Numbered from the stretch's first letter, positions 10,787 through 20,003 are shown. The stretch: DNA of 64,000 nucleotides from Nitrosopumilaceae archaeon (GCA_965200155.1 CBDATR010000024.1:384001-448000), one strand, 5' to 3'. Notes: a model not told the origin generated them from the letters alone. Numbers and translations: made by a program.

Positions 10787-11515
10787 GTGGACCTTATACT
10801 TGGAATGGGTGAGGTTGGAACAGCCCTGAATGAACTATTAACATTACGAGGGTTTGCAGTATCTGGTCTAGATTCCATTAAATCTAAATGTGTGGGCCAT
10901 CCCCCCGATGTACCAGAGATCCTTCATGTTTGCATACCCGGAAGTTTTAAAAAATTTAACGAAATAGTTTTAGAGCACGCTAAAAGTGGCACGCAGGCAG
11001 TAATGATACACTCTACAGTCAAACCAGGCACCGCAGAGGCAGTACAAAAGAATACTATCATCCCAATAATATCATCCCCTACACGTGGAGTGCATATTAG
11101 ATTTGTTCAAGACATGACTAGGTATACAAAATTTGTAGCTGCCGACACAACTGTTGATGATGCACTCAAGAGATCCATTGATGCTAGATTTGTAAAGACA
11201 CAATGGATGTCTGGTACTCGAGTACTAGAATTAGCAAAAATATTAACCGATACTACCTACTACGGATGGTTGATAAACTATGCCCAAATAACAAAGATGA
11301 TCTGTGATACTGAAAGAGTAGATTATGATGAGTTGTGGACATTTGCGGAAGAAATACAGCAGTATCTGGGTAATCGTCCCAAGATGTATCCAGGCGTGAT
11401 AGGCGGGCATTGTGTAATACCAAACTTAGATCTACTTACATATGATCAAATTAACACAGTCGCAAATATTAATCAAATTTATCGTTCATACTTATCTGAA
11501 AGATCTAATCAATAA
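10787..11515 (+). CDS. UDP-glucose/GDP-mannose dehydrogenase family protein (short form)
   Basis: GMGEVG Rossmann motif, IHSTVKPGT, ELAKILTDT, PGVIGGHCVIP. Confidence 0.8.
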   Translation: MDLILGMGEVGTALNELLTLRGFAVSGLDSIKSKCVGHPPDVPEILHVCIPGSFKKFNEIVLEHAKSGTQAVMIHSTVKPGTAEAVQKNTIIPIISSPTRGVHIRFVQDMTRYTKFVAADTTVDDALKRSIDARFVKTQWMSGTRVLELAKILTDTTYYGWLINYAQITKMICDTERVDYDELWTFAEEIQQYLGNRPKMYPGVIGGHCVIPNLDLLTYDQINTVANINQIYRSYLSERSNQ

Positions 11516-11602
11516 TTTTTTACATTTATCTAGATTTTTGTACGTGTTCGTTTATATTCAAATTTATGCATAGCGATTCTCTATTACTATGGGTATCTAT
11601 CT

Positions 11603-11694
11603 GTGTGAGTTCACCTGTGTCTGAATTTACGCATAACTGATCGCGACAGTTAATGTGATTTGTGCATAAAATTCCGGAAGACGTGAACTCATAC
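11603..11694 (+). mobile_element. 92-bp MITE without matching TSD
   Basis: TIRs (one mismatch); flanks ATCTATCT / ATAATTTT. Confidence 0.92.
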
Positions 11695-11701
11695 ATAATT
11701 T

Positions 11702-12559
11702 TTACAAGCCAATTTTATTTTTTATTTGTTTTTTCATTAATTTTAACTGATATTTTTTTATTTTTTCCCTCGTTTCATCTGGAAACTGAGAATAATACCC
11801 ATCTTTCTTAGGCCGGTATGTACAATATTGCCAAAACATATTCAAAACACCTCTTTTACTAATATCTGATTTTTTTAAAAAATGGGAAAAACATCTTGCA
11901 ATTGCATAAATAGGATGATACCCTACAGCCCTCATACCTCTGCCAAATCCTGAGAAGCCATGACTGTGGCCCAATTGGTCTACATGTTCAAAACCAATGT
12001 CATGAAATATTTTACTTGAATAACCCTCAACAAGTGCATTAAGTAGTATCTCTGATTCATAACCAACTATCTCGGGACATTTTTCATAGTGATCAAAGAA
12101 CCATTTTTGTTTTACAAATCTTCCAGCACCATGTGGAGCACTCGATTGTCTGCTTCCATAATCTCCGGATGCAACCACGATTTTTGTATCAGATTCCATT
12201 CTTTTAATTATTTTTTCTGCATAATTGTGTTCAAAAATCACATCTCCGGCAGCAATCATATAATAATCAAATTTTTTATCCCAGCACATATTAAATAACT
12301 TTGGTAGTCTTCCATAATCTCTGGTTTGACTATCTGTATGTATAACACGGATAATGTTTGGATACTTATTTTCAAATTCTTTTAAAATATTACTTGTGTT
12401 GTCTGTAGATCCGTCTTCAGCAACAATAATTTTTGCTGGTTTGTGAGTCTGTTCTACCAAGCTAACCATAACCTGCTGAATGGATTTCTCACCATCTCTT
12501 ACTGGCAAGATGCAATAATAGGTAGGTTTTGCTGATTTATAGTTTTGTGCAGATTTCAT
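11702..12559 (-). CDS. Glycosyltransferase family 2 protein (AT-rich)
   Basis: ILPVRDGE, IIVAEDGSTDNT GT-A motif; visibly more AT-rich than flanking core genes. Confidence 0.85.
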   Translation of the reverse strand: MKSAQNYKSAKPTYYCILPVRDGEKSIQQVMVSLVEQTHKPAKIIVAEDGSTDNTSNILKEFENKYPNIIRVIHTDSQTRDYGRLPKLFNMCWDKKFDYYMIAAGDVIFEHNYAEKIIKRMESDTKIVVASGDYGSRQSSAPHGAGRFVKQKWFFDHYEKCPEIVGYESEILLNALVEGYSSKIFHDIGFEHVDQLGHSHGFSGFGRGMRAVGYHPIYAIARCFSHFLKKSDISKRGVLNMFWQYCTYRPKKDGYYSQFPDETREKIKKYQLKLMKKQIKNKIGL

Positions 12560-12632
12560 ACGTACTATCTCTATCTAATTATACTTTTAAATGCTAGTCA
12601 CACTTGTGGGGCATGGGTCCACATGTGTTCCA

Positions 12633-12724
12633 GTATGAGTTCACCTGTGTCTAAATTTACGCATAACTGATCGCGACAGTTAATGTGATTTGTGCATAAG
12701 ATTCCGGAAGACGTGAACTCATAC
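12633..12724 (+). mobile_element. 92-bp MITE; right flank GTCAATAG
   Basis: TIRs; no direct TSD; right flank is the reverse complement of the right flank of the copy at 16427. Confidence 0.93.
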
Positions 12725-12725
12725 G

Positions 12726-13748
12726 TCAATAGTACGAAAAGTCCGCTTAGGATCCGGCGTGCAGTAGTTCAGATTGCACAAGCCAGATGGTAAAGAGGAT
12801 AACAGAGGAATCAAGACAAAAGAGGCGTTGCCGCCACCAAAATAGCTCAAGACCTGAAACAAGACACGTACGAAGATTGTGAACCAGAGAACGGGGACGA
12901 CTCAAGATGGGCAGGCCCAAGATACCAATCACCGCCACCCAGATACGAATGGTAACTGAAACATACGGCAAGGATCCCGCCGGAGTAGTACGTATTGCAA
13001 ATAGACTTAGACAGAATTACAATATATCGCGCAGTATATCGCATAATGAAAAAGAACGGTACGGCAGGATCATCACCTGCAAAGTCAGAGTGGGTACACT
13101 ATGAGCGTAAATATTCCAATGCAATGTGGCACTGGCATGTCATGAAAAGATGAGCGCTTCAGGGGACTGAATCTCATAGATGATGCATCCAGGTGCATAG
13201 TCGGAGCGGCACTATTTGAGCATGCGATCTCAGAGAACGCCGCTCTATTACTGAGACTGGCAATGAAACGATTCGGCGCCCCTGCATCTCGGATAACGGC
13301 GCGTGTTTCGTAGGACAATAAAAGGGCAAAAAGAACTGGAAACCCACTATTCTAGTATGAGTTCACCTGTGTCTAAATTTACGCATAACTGATCGCGACA
13401 GTTAATGTGATTTGTGTATAAGATTCCGGAAGACGTGAACTCATACCTATTCTAGGAAGAACTGCTGGATCAAGACATTATACTAATCAATTCCAGGCTA
13501 TACCACCCGCAGACAAATGGCAAACTGGAGCGCTTCCATGGAATGATTGAGGACGAGATATGGCACTATGACAGTCTCCGTGATTATGTGGACTACTACC
13601 ATGAGAGAAGGTTGCACTTCTCACTGGACAGATAACGGCGAAACACCACTCCAGGAATAAAAAGGCGACCCAGACAATTAGGGCAAATGATGCAAAATGG
13701 ATGGAGCGAGATACCAATGACTAGTGGACCGACTTTTCATACATTACA
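12726..13748 (+). mobile_element. Defective IS481-family element, copy 2 (MITE inserted)
   Basis: Homologous end-to-end to copies at 4356 and 59169. Confidence 0.85.
13355..13446 (+). mobile_element. 92-bp MITE nested in IS481-like copy
   Basis: TSD CTATTCTA; empty site visible in copy 1. Confidence 0.95.
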
Positions 13749-13762
13749 ATGTGATGACAATA

Positions 13763-13770
13763 TTTATATT
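13763..13770 (+). promoter_or_regulatory. Putative archaeal TATA box of FN3 gene
   Basis: TTTATATT about 24 nt upstream of ATG 13794. Confidence 0.45.
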
Positions 13771-13793
13771 ATTGTATACCATATTTTATCAAA

Positions 13794-15626
13794 ATGTTAA
13801 AATCTACTAACCGTAACAATATCGTACTTAAAGCTTTAATCGGGGGGGGGGGTCTCCTCCTTGCACTTTTACTAGTATTAGTACCGGCCACTGATCTTGC
13901 GTTTGCTCAAACAATCGAGTCTATCCACATATCTGTAGGTCCCGCCTCCACTAGTGCCACCGTTACATGGCATCAGTACCCAGGTGATACCGAATATGTC
14001 GTGGTGTTACGTAATGGATTTGGAGATAGAATTCCCGGTGGGGTAACACGCACTTCAGGAGACACATATGATATTACCGGACTGACTCCTGACTCCCAAT
14101 ATATCGTATTTGTCAGAACCATTGGAGACGGCTTTGTCAAGTCCAACACTGTACAGTTTAAGACAAAAGTCGCTCCCTCTAGTTCCATTAATACTATACC
14201 AGACATTACCATGGATGAGTCCGAGAGAAGAACCATACCACTCAGTGTAACCCCTGCGAGTGATTCTGTCACATATGCAATAACCAAACAGGACGGCACG
14301 GCTGCACCCAGATTTGCATACATAGCTGACGTATCTCCTGACCGTACATTTAGAGACGGCATTGTTTTGGCTCCTAACAGAAGCGAAAGTGGACAATATT
14401 CACTGCGTGTCACAGCAACTATTGGTAGCGACACCATACATGAGGACTTTGCACTTACCGTGAATGACGGCACTATAGATCCACCTAGTATCTCAGAAAT
14501 AACACCAAATTCTATAACTATTGAAGTACCTGGAACTCAACCAAAAGATGTTAAAAACTCACATCTTTGTATGATGGCTGATGTCTCTGAATCTTCTCCA
14601 TTGAAGTATAAACTGACCGAATCTCTGACTATTCATGGTACCATGACAATCACAAACCTCTTACCTAATACTGATTACACCATCCGTGTGATCAACGAAT
14701 GCGAAGATATAGGTTTAGCAACCTTCAATGTCAATACTGGCTCCTCCGCCCTAAGCTTCACTGACACCATAAATGACATTACCATGGCCGAGGGCACAAC
14801 ACGTAACATACAGATCAATGCAACTGATTCTGATAATAGGGACATTACATATAGTGTAGAGGTCCTGAACGACAAGACATTACCTGGCTCTGCGAAAATA
14901 TTAGATAGTACCCTCGTTTTGGAGCCTGATAGAACAGCAGCAGGGGAATACACTCTACGTGTCACAGCAACTGCTGGCAGCGACACTAAACGTGATGAAT
15001 TTGTACTTACCGTAAGTGACCCTGGTATTAATCCACCCCAAATCAAAACTCAAAATAGCACCTCTGTAACTATAGAGGTCGCCTCAGAGGACTATAATAC
15101 AAAAGACCCAACCTGTACAACCGCCGCTATCTTCAAAACCTCCTCCGGAGCTGCAAGTGCTGATTTAGAGGATTTCGAATCAAACCCCCTTACAATTACG
15201 GGCCTCTCACCTGATACTGCGTACACCATACGTGTGTTTAAATCCTGTGAACCCGATGTTGGAAGGCTGGGAATCCTAAAGTTCACTACATCTAGTAACA
15301 GTCAGACATCACCTGATAACAGTCAGACATCACCTGATAACAGTCAGACATCACCTGATAACAGTCAGACATTAGTACTAAGTAGAACCATAAGTGGCAA
15401 TGATGTTACTCTAAGCTGGAACGACTTGGCAGATACTGCCTATATCGTGGCGGTATTTGATGGGGACGGAGACCGAGTCATTACTGGCGGATCAGCACGC
15501 GTATCAACTAACTCCTATACCCTCGAAGACCTAGATGCTGACACATATACGGCATTTGTGAGAACCCCTGGACCCTCAGGAACTCATACCATGTCCAACA
15601 CTGTAACCTTTACCATCACTAGTTAA
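13794..15626 (+). CDS. Secreted fibronectin type III / Ig-like repeat surface protein
   Basis: Signal peptide (LLLALLLVLVPATDLAFA); FN3 motifs ITGLTPDSQYIVFVRT, ITNLLPNTDYTIRV, ITGLSPDTAYTIRV; cadherin-like GQYSLRVTAT/GEYTLRVTAT. Confidence 0.8.
   Translation: MLKSTNRNNIVLKALIGGGGLLLALLLVLVPATDLAFAQTIESIHISVGPASTSATVTWHQYPGDTEYVVVLRNGFGDRIPGGVTRTSGDTYDITGLTPDSQYIVFVRTIGDGFVKSNTVQFKTKVAPSSSINTIPDITMDESERRTIPLSVTPASDSVTYAITKQDGTAAPRFAYIADVSPDRTFRDGIVLAPNRSESGQYSLRVTATIGSDTIHEDFALTVNDGTIDPPSISEITPNSITIEVPGTQPKDVKNSHLCMMADVSESSPLKYKLTESLTIHGTMTITNLLPNTDYTIRVINECEDIGLATFNVNTGSSALSFTDTINDITMAEGTTRNIQINATDSDNRDITYSVEVLNDKTLPGSAKILDSTLVLEPDRTAAGEYTLRVTATAGSDTKRDEFVLTVSDPGINPPQIKTQNSTSVTIEVASEDYNTKDPTCTTAAIFKTSSGAASADLEDFESNPLTITGLSPDTAYTIRVFKSCEPDVGRLGILKFTTSSNSQTSPDNSQTSPDNSQTSPDNSQTLVLSRTISGNDVTLSWNDLADTAYIVAVFDGDGDRVITGGSARVSTNSYTLEDLDADTYTAFVRTPGPSGTHTMSNTVTFTITS
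13842..13852 (+). repeat. G11 homopolymer in signal-peptide coding region
   Basis: ATC GGG GGG GGG GGT; counted directly. Confidence 0.9.
15296..15372 (+). repeat. 21-bp coding tandem repeat (NSQTSPD x3.7)
   Basis: TAACAGTCAGACATCACCTGA perfect copies. Confidence 0.95.
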
Positions 15627-15688
15627 TTTTTTTCTCAGTTTAAGTTGGCTCACGCGTTCAGATGCCAACCTGGCTTGTATGAGAGTGC

Positions 15689-16007
15689 GGCATAGCCATG
15701 AAATTGTTCTAGCCGCCCAACCACGGGATGGCATAGCCATGAAATTGTTCTAGCCGCCCAACCACGGGATGGCATAGCCACGAAATTGTTCTAGCCGTCC
15801 AACCATGGGGTGGCATAGCCATGAAATTGTTCTAGCCGCCCAACCACGGGATGGCATAGCCACGAAATTGTTCTAGCCGTCCAACCATGGGGTGGCATAG
15901 CCACGAAATTGTTCTAGCCGCCCAACCATGGGGTGGCATAGCCACGAAATTGTTCTAGCCGCCCAACCATGGGGTGGCATAGCCACGAAATTGTTCTAGC
16001 CGTCCAA
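15689..16007. repeat. 41-bp tandem repeat, 7 full copies plus 1 partial
   Basis: GGCATAGCCAYGAAATTGTTCTAGCCGYCCAACCAYGGGRT with period 41 and no spacers. Confidence 0.95.
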
Positions 16008-16239
16008 TCGCCAAAAGACAGTAAGGTTGGCGCATATCCTGTCCCGACAGAGTACACATAACGGAATTAATGCCAGCTAGAATGTGCGGTAGCAGTGAGC
16101 GGGAATGATTCCAATTGGGTGCGGTAAACAAGGGGGCGGCCATTCCAGGGCCGATTATACCTGGGAACAATTCATGGTACATGTGGAATAGCAGAGAATA
16201 GTGGCTGGATTTGGATGATGTAAGTAGTTCATATGGACG

Positions 16240-16345
16240 GCTACCATGTAATGAGTCACGAATGGCGTGTATCCGCACCTGGGCGCTATCAGGACGCCCG
16301 GATCATCCCTGAATCGTTGCGGGTCGTCCGCGCAAATTACTGAGG
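16240..16345 (+). pseudogene. Possible IS630/Tc1-type HTH remnant
   Basis: Frameshifted IRTW..RYQDA..GRPRKL resembles the W..RY..G..GRPRKL pattern. Confidence 0.35.
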
Positions 16346-16426
16346 GGATTGAATCATTCTTGGACGTGTTCCGGGAATGATTCCCGGCCAGTTAAAGTCC
16401 ACACCGGGCCTTTCTGTAGTAGAATG

Positions 16427-16533
16427 GTATGAGTTCACCTGTGTCTAAATGGAACGGGTCATTCTATAACTGATCGCGACAGTTAAAGAACCGGTTCTTT
16501 TGTGCATAAGATTCCGAAGACGTAAACTCATAC
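16427..16533 (+). mobile_element. 107-bp MITE variant (two internal replacements)
   Basis: TIRs; TTACGC>GGAACGGGTCATTCT and TGTGA>AGAACCGGTTCT; right flank CTATTGAC. Confidence 0.92.
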
Positions 16534-16965
16534 CTATTGACGTCCGGCTCCACCCTCACTACAAGGGTCGTTTTCCTGTCATCATTTATTGGTGCTAATC
16601 GGCTCTCGCCTCCCTTACCCAATAGTGTCACCAAATCATAACCGTCCGGTAATATATCCGGTAGCGGGATTGAAAGTCGGTTATTGCCATCAGGTCCTGT
16701 TACTGTACCAGCGTCACGTCAATTTGGGACTGGTATGATGGAATCACATTATCGTTAGCCGCGTGTACGGTAGTCACAGGCATTATTCCGGTAACAGCAA
16801 ATACAAGGTATGAGTTCACCTGTGTCTAAATTTACGCACAACTGATGGAACAGGTTGTTCTAGTTAATGTGATTTGTGCACAAGATTCCGGAAGACGTAA
16901 ACTCATACAATACAAGACTCACTGTAGCCAAGATTGTAATTATGGTAGTTTTGTTATTAATTGCA
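16534..16965 (-). pseudogene. Disrupted gene for a secreted protein
   Basis: After removing the MITE and one TSD it reads NNKTTIITILATVSLVFAVTGIMPVTTVHAANDNVIP (signal peptide), then frameshifts; truncated at the MITE. Confidence 0.5.
16808..16908 (+). mobile_element. 101-bp MITE variant
   Basis: TSD AATACAAG; CGCGAC>GGAACAGGTTGTTCT. Confidence 0.95.
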
Positions 16966-17272
16966 GTTCACGCTCCCATACATGGTTGGTCGTAGCGCGT
17001 GCTGCGTATAGTCTCGCTCTATCGGGGGAGGGGCGAGGATAACTGATGCCAGCGAGCGTTGCCACCATTAGTAAATCCAGTCGTATTAAATAAGTATTTT
17101 TTAGTGTAAATCATAGTAAATCATTCAAATAAATCGACAAATATCAGCAATCACACACAGAATTCATCACTTTTTTGAATTTCCTGACCTATTGGAATGA
17201 CTGCCGTAGTCTTTGATCATGATTAGAAGCAGAACCCCAGATTTATGTACGTGTCATAATATCACTGAATTC

Positions 17273-17683
17273 ATGGCACCGTATAATACACTAGAGCATT
17301 CCACCGACGCCCTCATCGAGGTTGTCTCCCCCAGTATCGCTGAGGCGTTCCAGGATGCCGGATATGCCACCATAGACATAATGATAAACCGGGAACACGT
17401 AAAAAAGTCCTACAGTCGCACCATACACGTCGAGGCAGACAGTATGCACGAACTGCTATTCCTGTGGCTGGAGGAGATGATATTTCAGACCATAACTGAT
17501 GGCTTTGCAATATCGGAAATATGCGTCACGTACCGGGACGGCCACATAGACTCTACAGTACACGGCGAACCATTAGACATACGGAAACATCACTTTAGAG
17601 TGGAGGTAAAGGCGCCCACATATCACGAGATGGCCATACAATATGATAGTGATGCCACAATGAGGTTCCTGCTGGATTTATGA
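17273..17683 (+). CDS. Archease
   Basis: LEHSTDA, LLFLWLEE, VEVKAPTYHEM, terminal LDL. Confidence 0.9.
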   Translation: MAPYNTLEHSTDALIEVVSPSIAEAFQDAGYATIDIMINREHVKKSYSRTIHVEADSMHELLFLWLEEMIFQTITDGFAISEICVTYRDGHIDSTVHGEPLDIRKHHFRVEVKAPTYHEMAIQYDSDATMRFLLDL

Positions 17684-17698
17684 GACGAGACTTTTATT

Positions 17699-17816
17699 GT
17701 ATGAGTTCACCTGTGTCTAAATTTACGTATGAGTTCATTACTGTCTAAATTTACACACGACTGATCGTAACTATTGGTACGGCTCACGTGTGATTGGCGA
17801 ATACGTGAACTCATGC
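17699..17816 (+). mobile_element. Diverged/chimeric MITE with duplicated left end
   Basis: GTATGAGTTCA...TCTAAATTTAC twice; right TIR GTGAACTCATGC; TSD CTTTTATT. Confidence 0.85.
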
Positions 17817-17846
17817 CTTTTATTGTCATAACCAGTCACCACACAC

Positions 17847-18227
17847 ATGACAGACCCCGAGATAGAGCGCATCATGCACGAGAAGATGCGTCGTATGATG
17901 ACCCCCAAGAGAGTCATAATAGACATTACTGATGGAAACTTTAACGATATACTGACACAAAATCACCACGTATTGGTGGACTTTTGGGCGGAATGGTGCG
18001 GCCCCTGCCGTTCCATGCATCCCGTATTCGAGGACATATCAAAGACATATGAACACATCCAGTTTGCCAGAATGAATGTAGACCAGAACAGTCTTGTTCC
18101 CGCCAAATACTCTGTGCAGTCCATACCGACTTTCATACTATTCTGTAATGGAACGGCTACGCAGAGACTGACCGGTGCGGTGAGCCCCACCACATTACAT
18201 ACACTGTGCAGGGGTTGTAAGGACTAG
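17847..18227 (+). CDS. trxA: Thioredoxin
   Basis: VDFWAEWCGPC. Confidence 0.93.
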   Translation: MTDPEIERIMHEKMRRMMTPKRVIIDITDGNFNDILTQNHHVLVDFWAEWCGPCRSMHPVFEDISKTYEHIQFARMNVDQNSLVPAKYSVQSIPTFILFCNGTATQRLTGAVSPTTLHTLCRGCKD

Positions 18228-20002
18228 TACGCGTAGGCAGGATCCCGCTTTCGCTGGGCTGATATGATATAATCAAGGGCCTGTCGCTGATCCTTGCTTA
18301 GTCTGTCAATGAACCGGCCCTGAAGATTCTTGGCATCCCGGGAGCCGGGCAGCGTATAGTATATTCCGTCCTCAAAGACATGACGACCCACCGTTATATC
18401 CCGAACAGAGCAGGCCACCTCCTGGCCGGTCTCCGCACGGGATATGCTCTGCCCGTCATGCTGTAATTGGTGAATCACTCCCACTCGCCGACCAGATTCA
18501 TTCATGAAGGGAACCTTGGTGCGCAACTGTCCGGCATCCACTCTTATACCGAATACCGCAGGGTTGTTATTCCGGAATACATACCCCTTGAGAAGGGTGA
18601 ATTTGGCCAAGGGTGTTATCTCGCCAAATACGGCATCCTCCTCGTGTATTATATCATCCTGTACCCACTGCAAATACTCATCCACCAGTCGGTATATGAC
18701 CCTCTCGCTGAATATTCGTATATGACCCATCTCGGACTCCTCCAAAGCGTCAGGGAGTGTCTTGACGCCAAAGGCCAAGATTACGCCCAATCGGCGGTCC
18801 CCCTCCTTTATAGCCCGGGCACCCACAACATCCCGGCGATTTACAGGACCAATATCTGCCCTCGCTATCTTTACACCCTTGTCATTTAGCATCTGTACGG
18901 CCGCCTCCAAGGATCCTATGGTATCGCATTTCAGTGTGATACCCTGGCTCTGCGTATCAATGAATACTGAGCGCATCTCCGACTCTATTATGTCAGTATA
19001 GCGGGATATGTCATCGGGGGAGCGGGACACGTATAGTGTGCTCCCGGGCAGAACGCCACCCATATCAGGAGAAGCTATCTTGAGACCGGCAGCCGCATCC
19101 ACCTTGTCTATGGCCATGAACTTGTCCCGGGGATCCCGCATCTCATCCAGCGGCCTAGGTAATAGTATGGCCTTTGGCTTGGTCACTATAACGCCATCCC
19201 GCCGGGCCATGACCAGCGTATCGGTCTTTTTTATGGAGCCGTCTATGAGTATTATGTTGGCAGTATCACCCAGGCCGGGCTCGTGATTTGCCTCCAGGAC
19301 TATTCCCCTGGGCTCCTTGGCTTTTTGCTCCAGTCGTGCCTGCATGTATTGCTGTGTAAGAGCTACTAGAACCGTCAGCAATTCCGGTATGCCCATGCCC
19401 CGGCGCGCAGAGACCGGTATTATGGCCACCTCACTCTTGTAGTCCTTGACTCTATAGAATGCCTCGGACTTGTACCCCAGGACAGACAAGGTACCAACTA
19501 CATCATATATGCTGGTGTCCAGCTGCTTCCTGACCGATATATCCTGTTTCGTGACGGACTCGGAGATATACGGAGTGTCAAGGGTGCGCCAGCCGGATAA
19601 CTGATCACACTTGTTCAAGGCAATAACGAATGGCACCTTCCGGGCACGCAGTATGTCCAGGCTCTCCCTGGTTTGGGGCTGAAAACCCCTGGCGGCATCT
19701 ATGACCAGTACGGCAATGTCTGCTGCGGATCCGCCCCGGCTGCGCAGGTTCTTAAAGACCTCGTGGCCGGGCGTATCAATTACAAGTATACCCGGTATGT
19801 CGGCGCCGGACTGTAATTTCTGGTGCAGGCGACCACACTTTTCTTTTATTATGTCAGGCGGCAGAAAGCTTGCGCCAATATGCTGGGTTATTCCGCCAGC
19901 TTCCCGGCCCTGGACACCCGTTCCCCGTATGCTGTCCAGTAACGTGGTCTTGCCGGAATCAACATGACCCAGTACTGCAACTATAGGTTGCCGAACGGCC
20001 AA
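18224..20002 (-). CDS. infB: Translation initiation factor aIF5B (IF-2)
   Basis: RQPIVAVLGHVDSGKT, EAGGITQHIGA, DTPGHE, NKCD; TTG start at 20002 inferred. Confidence 0.95.
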   Translation of the reverse strand: MAVRQPIVAVLGHVDSGKTTLLDSIRGTGVQGREAGGITQHIGASFLPPDIIKEKCGRLHQKLQSGADIPGILVIDTPGHEVFKNLRSRGGSAADIAVLVIDAARGFQPQTRESLDILRARKVPFVIALNKCDQLSGWRTLDTPYISESVTKQDISVRKQLDTSIYDVVGTLSVLGYKSEAFYRVKDYKSEVAIIPVSARRGMGIPELLTVLVALTQQYMQARLEQKAKEPRGIVLEANHEPGLGDTANIILIDGSIKKTDTLVMARRDGVIVTKPKAILLPRPLDEMRDPRDKFMAIDKVDAAAGLKIASPDMGGVLPGSTLYVSRSPDDISRYTDIIESEMRSVFIDTQSQGITLKCDTIGSLEAAVQMLNDKGVKIARADIGPVNRRDVVGARAIKEGDRRLGVILAFGVKTLPDALEESEMGHIRIFSERVIYRLVDEYLQWVQDDIIHEEDAVFGEITPLAKFTLLKGYVFRNNNPAVFGIRVDAGQLRTKVPFMNESGRRVGVIHQLQHDGQSISRAETGQEVACSVRDITVGRHVFEDGIYYTLPGSRDAKNLQGRFIDRLSKDQRQALDYIISAQRKRDPAYAY

Positions 20003-20003
20003 G

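Noticed and set aside
9094-13446. Clustered 92-bp repeats as CRISPR repeats or integron attC sites
   Set aside because: Irregular spacing, both orientations, TIRs with 8-bp TSDs and nesting in IS copies identify them as MITEs; no integrase is present.
15689-16007. CRISPR array
   Set aside because: Units are contiguous with no unique spacers, and no cas genes are nearby.
9265-17200. tRNA-Leu-integrated island or provirus
   Set aside because: The variable region lies on the tRNA 5' side; no duplicated tRNA 3' end, integrase or viral genes were seen.
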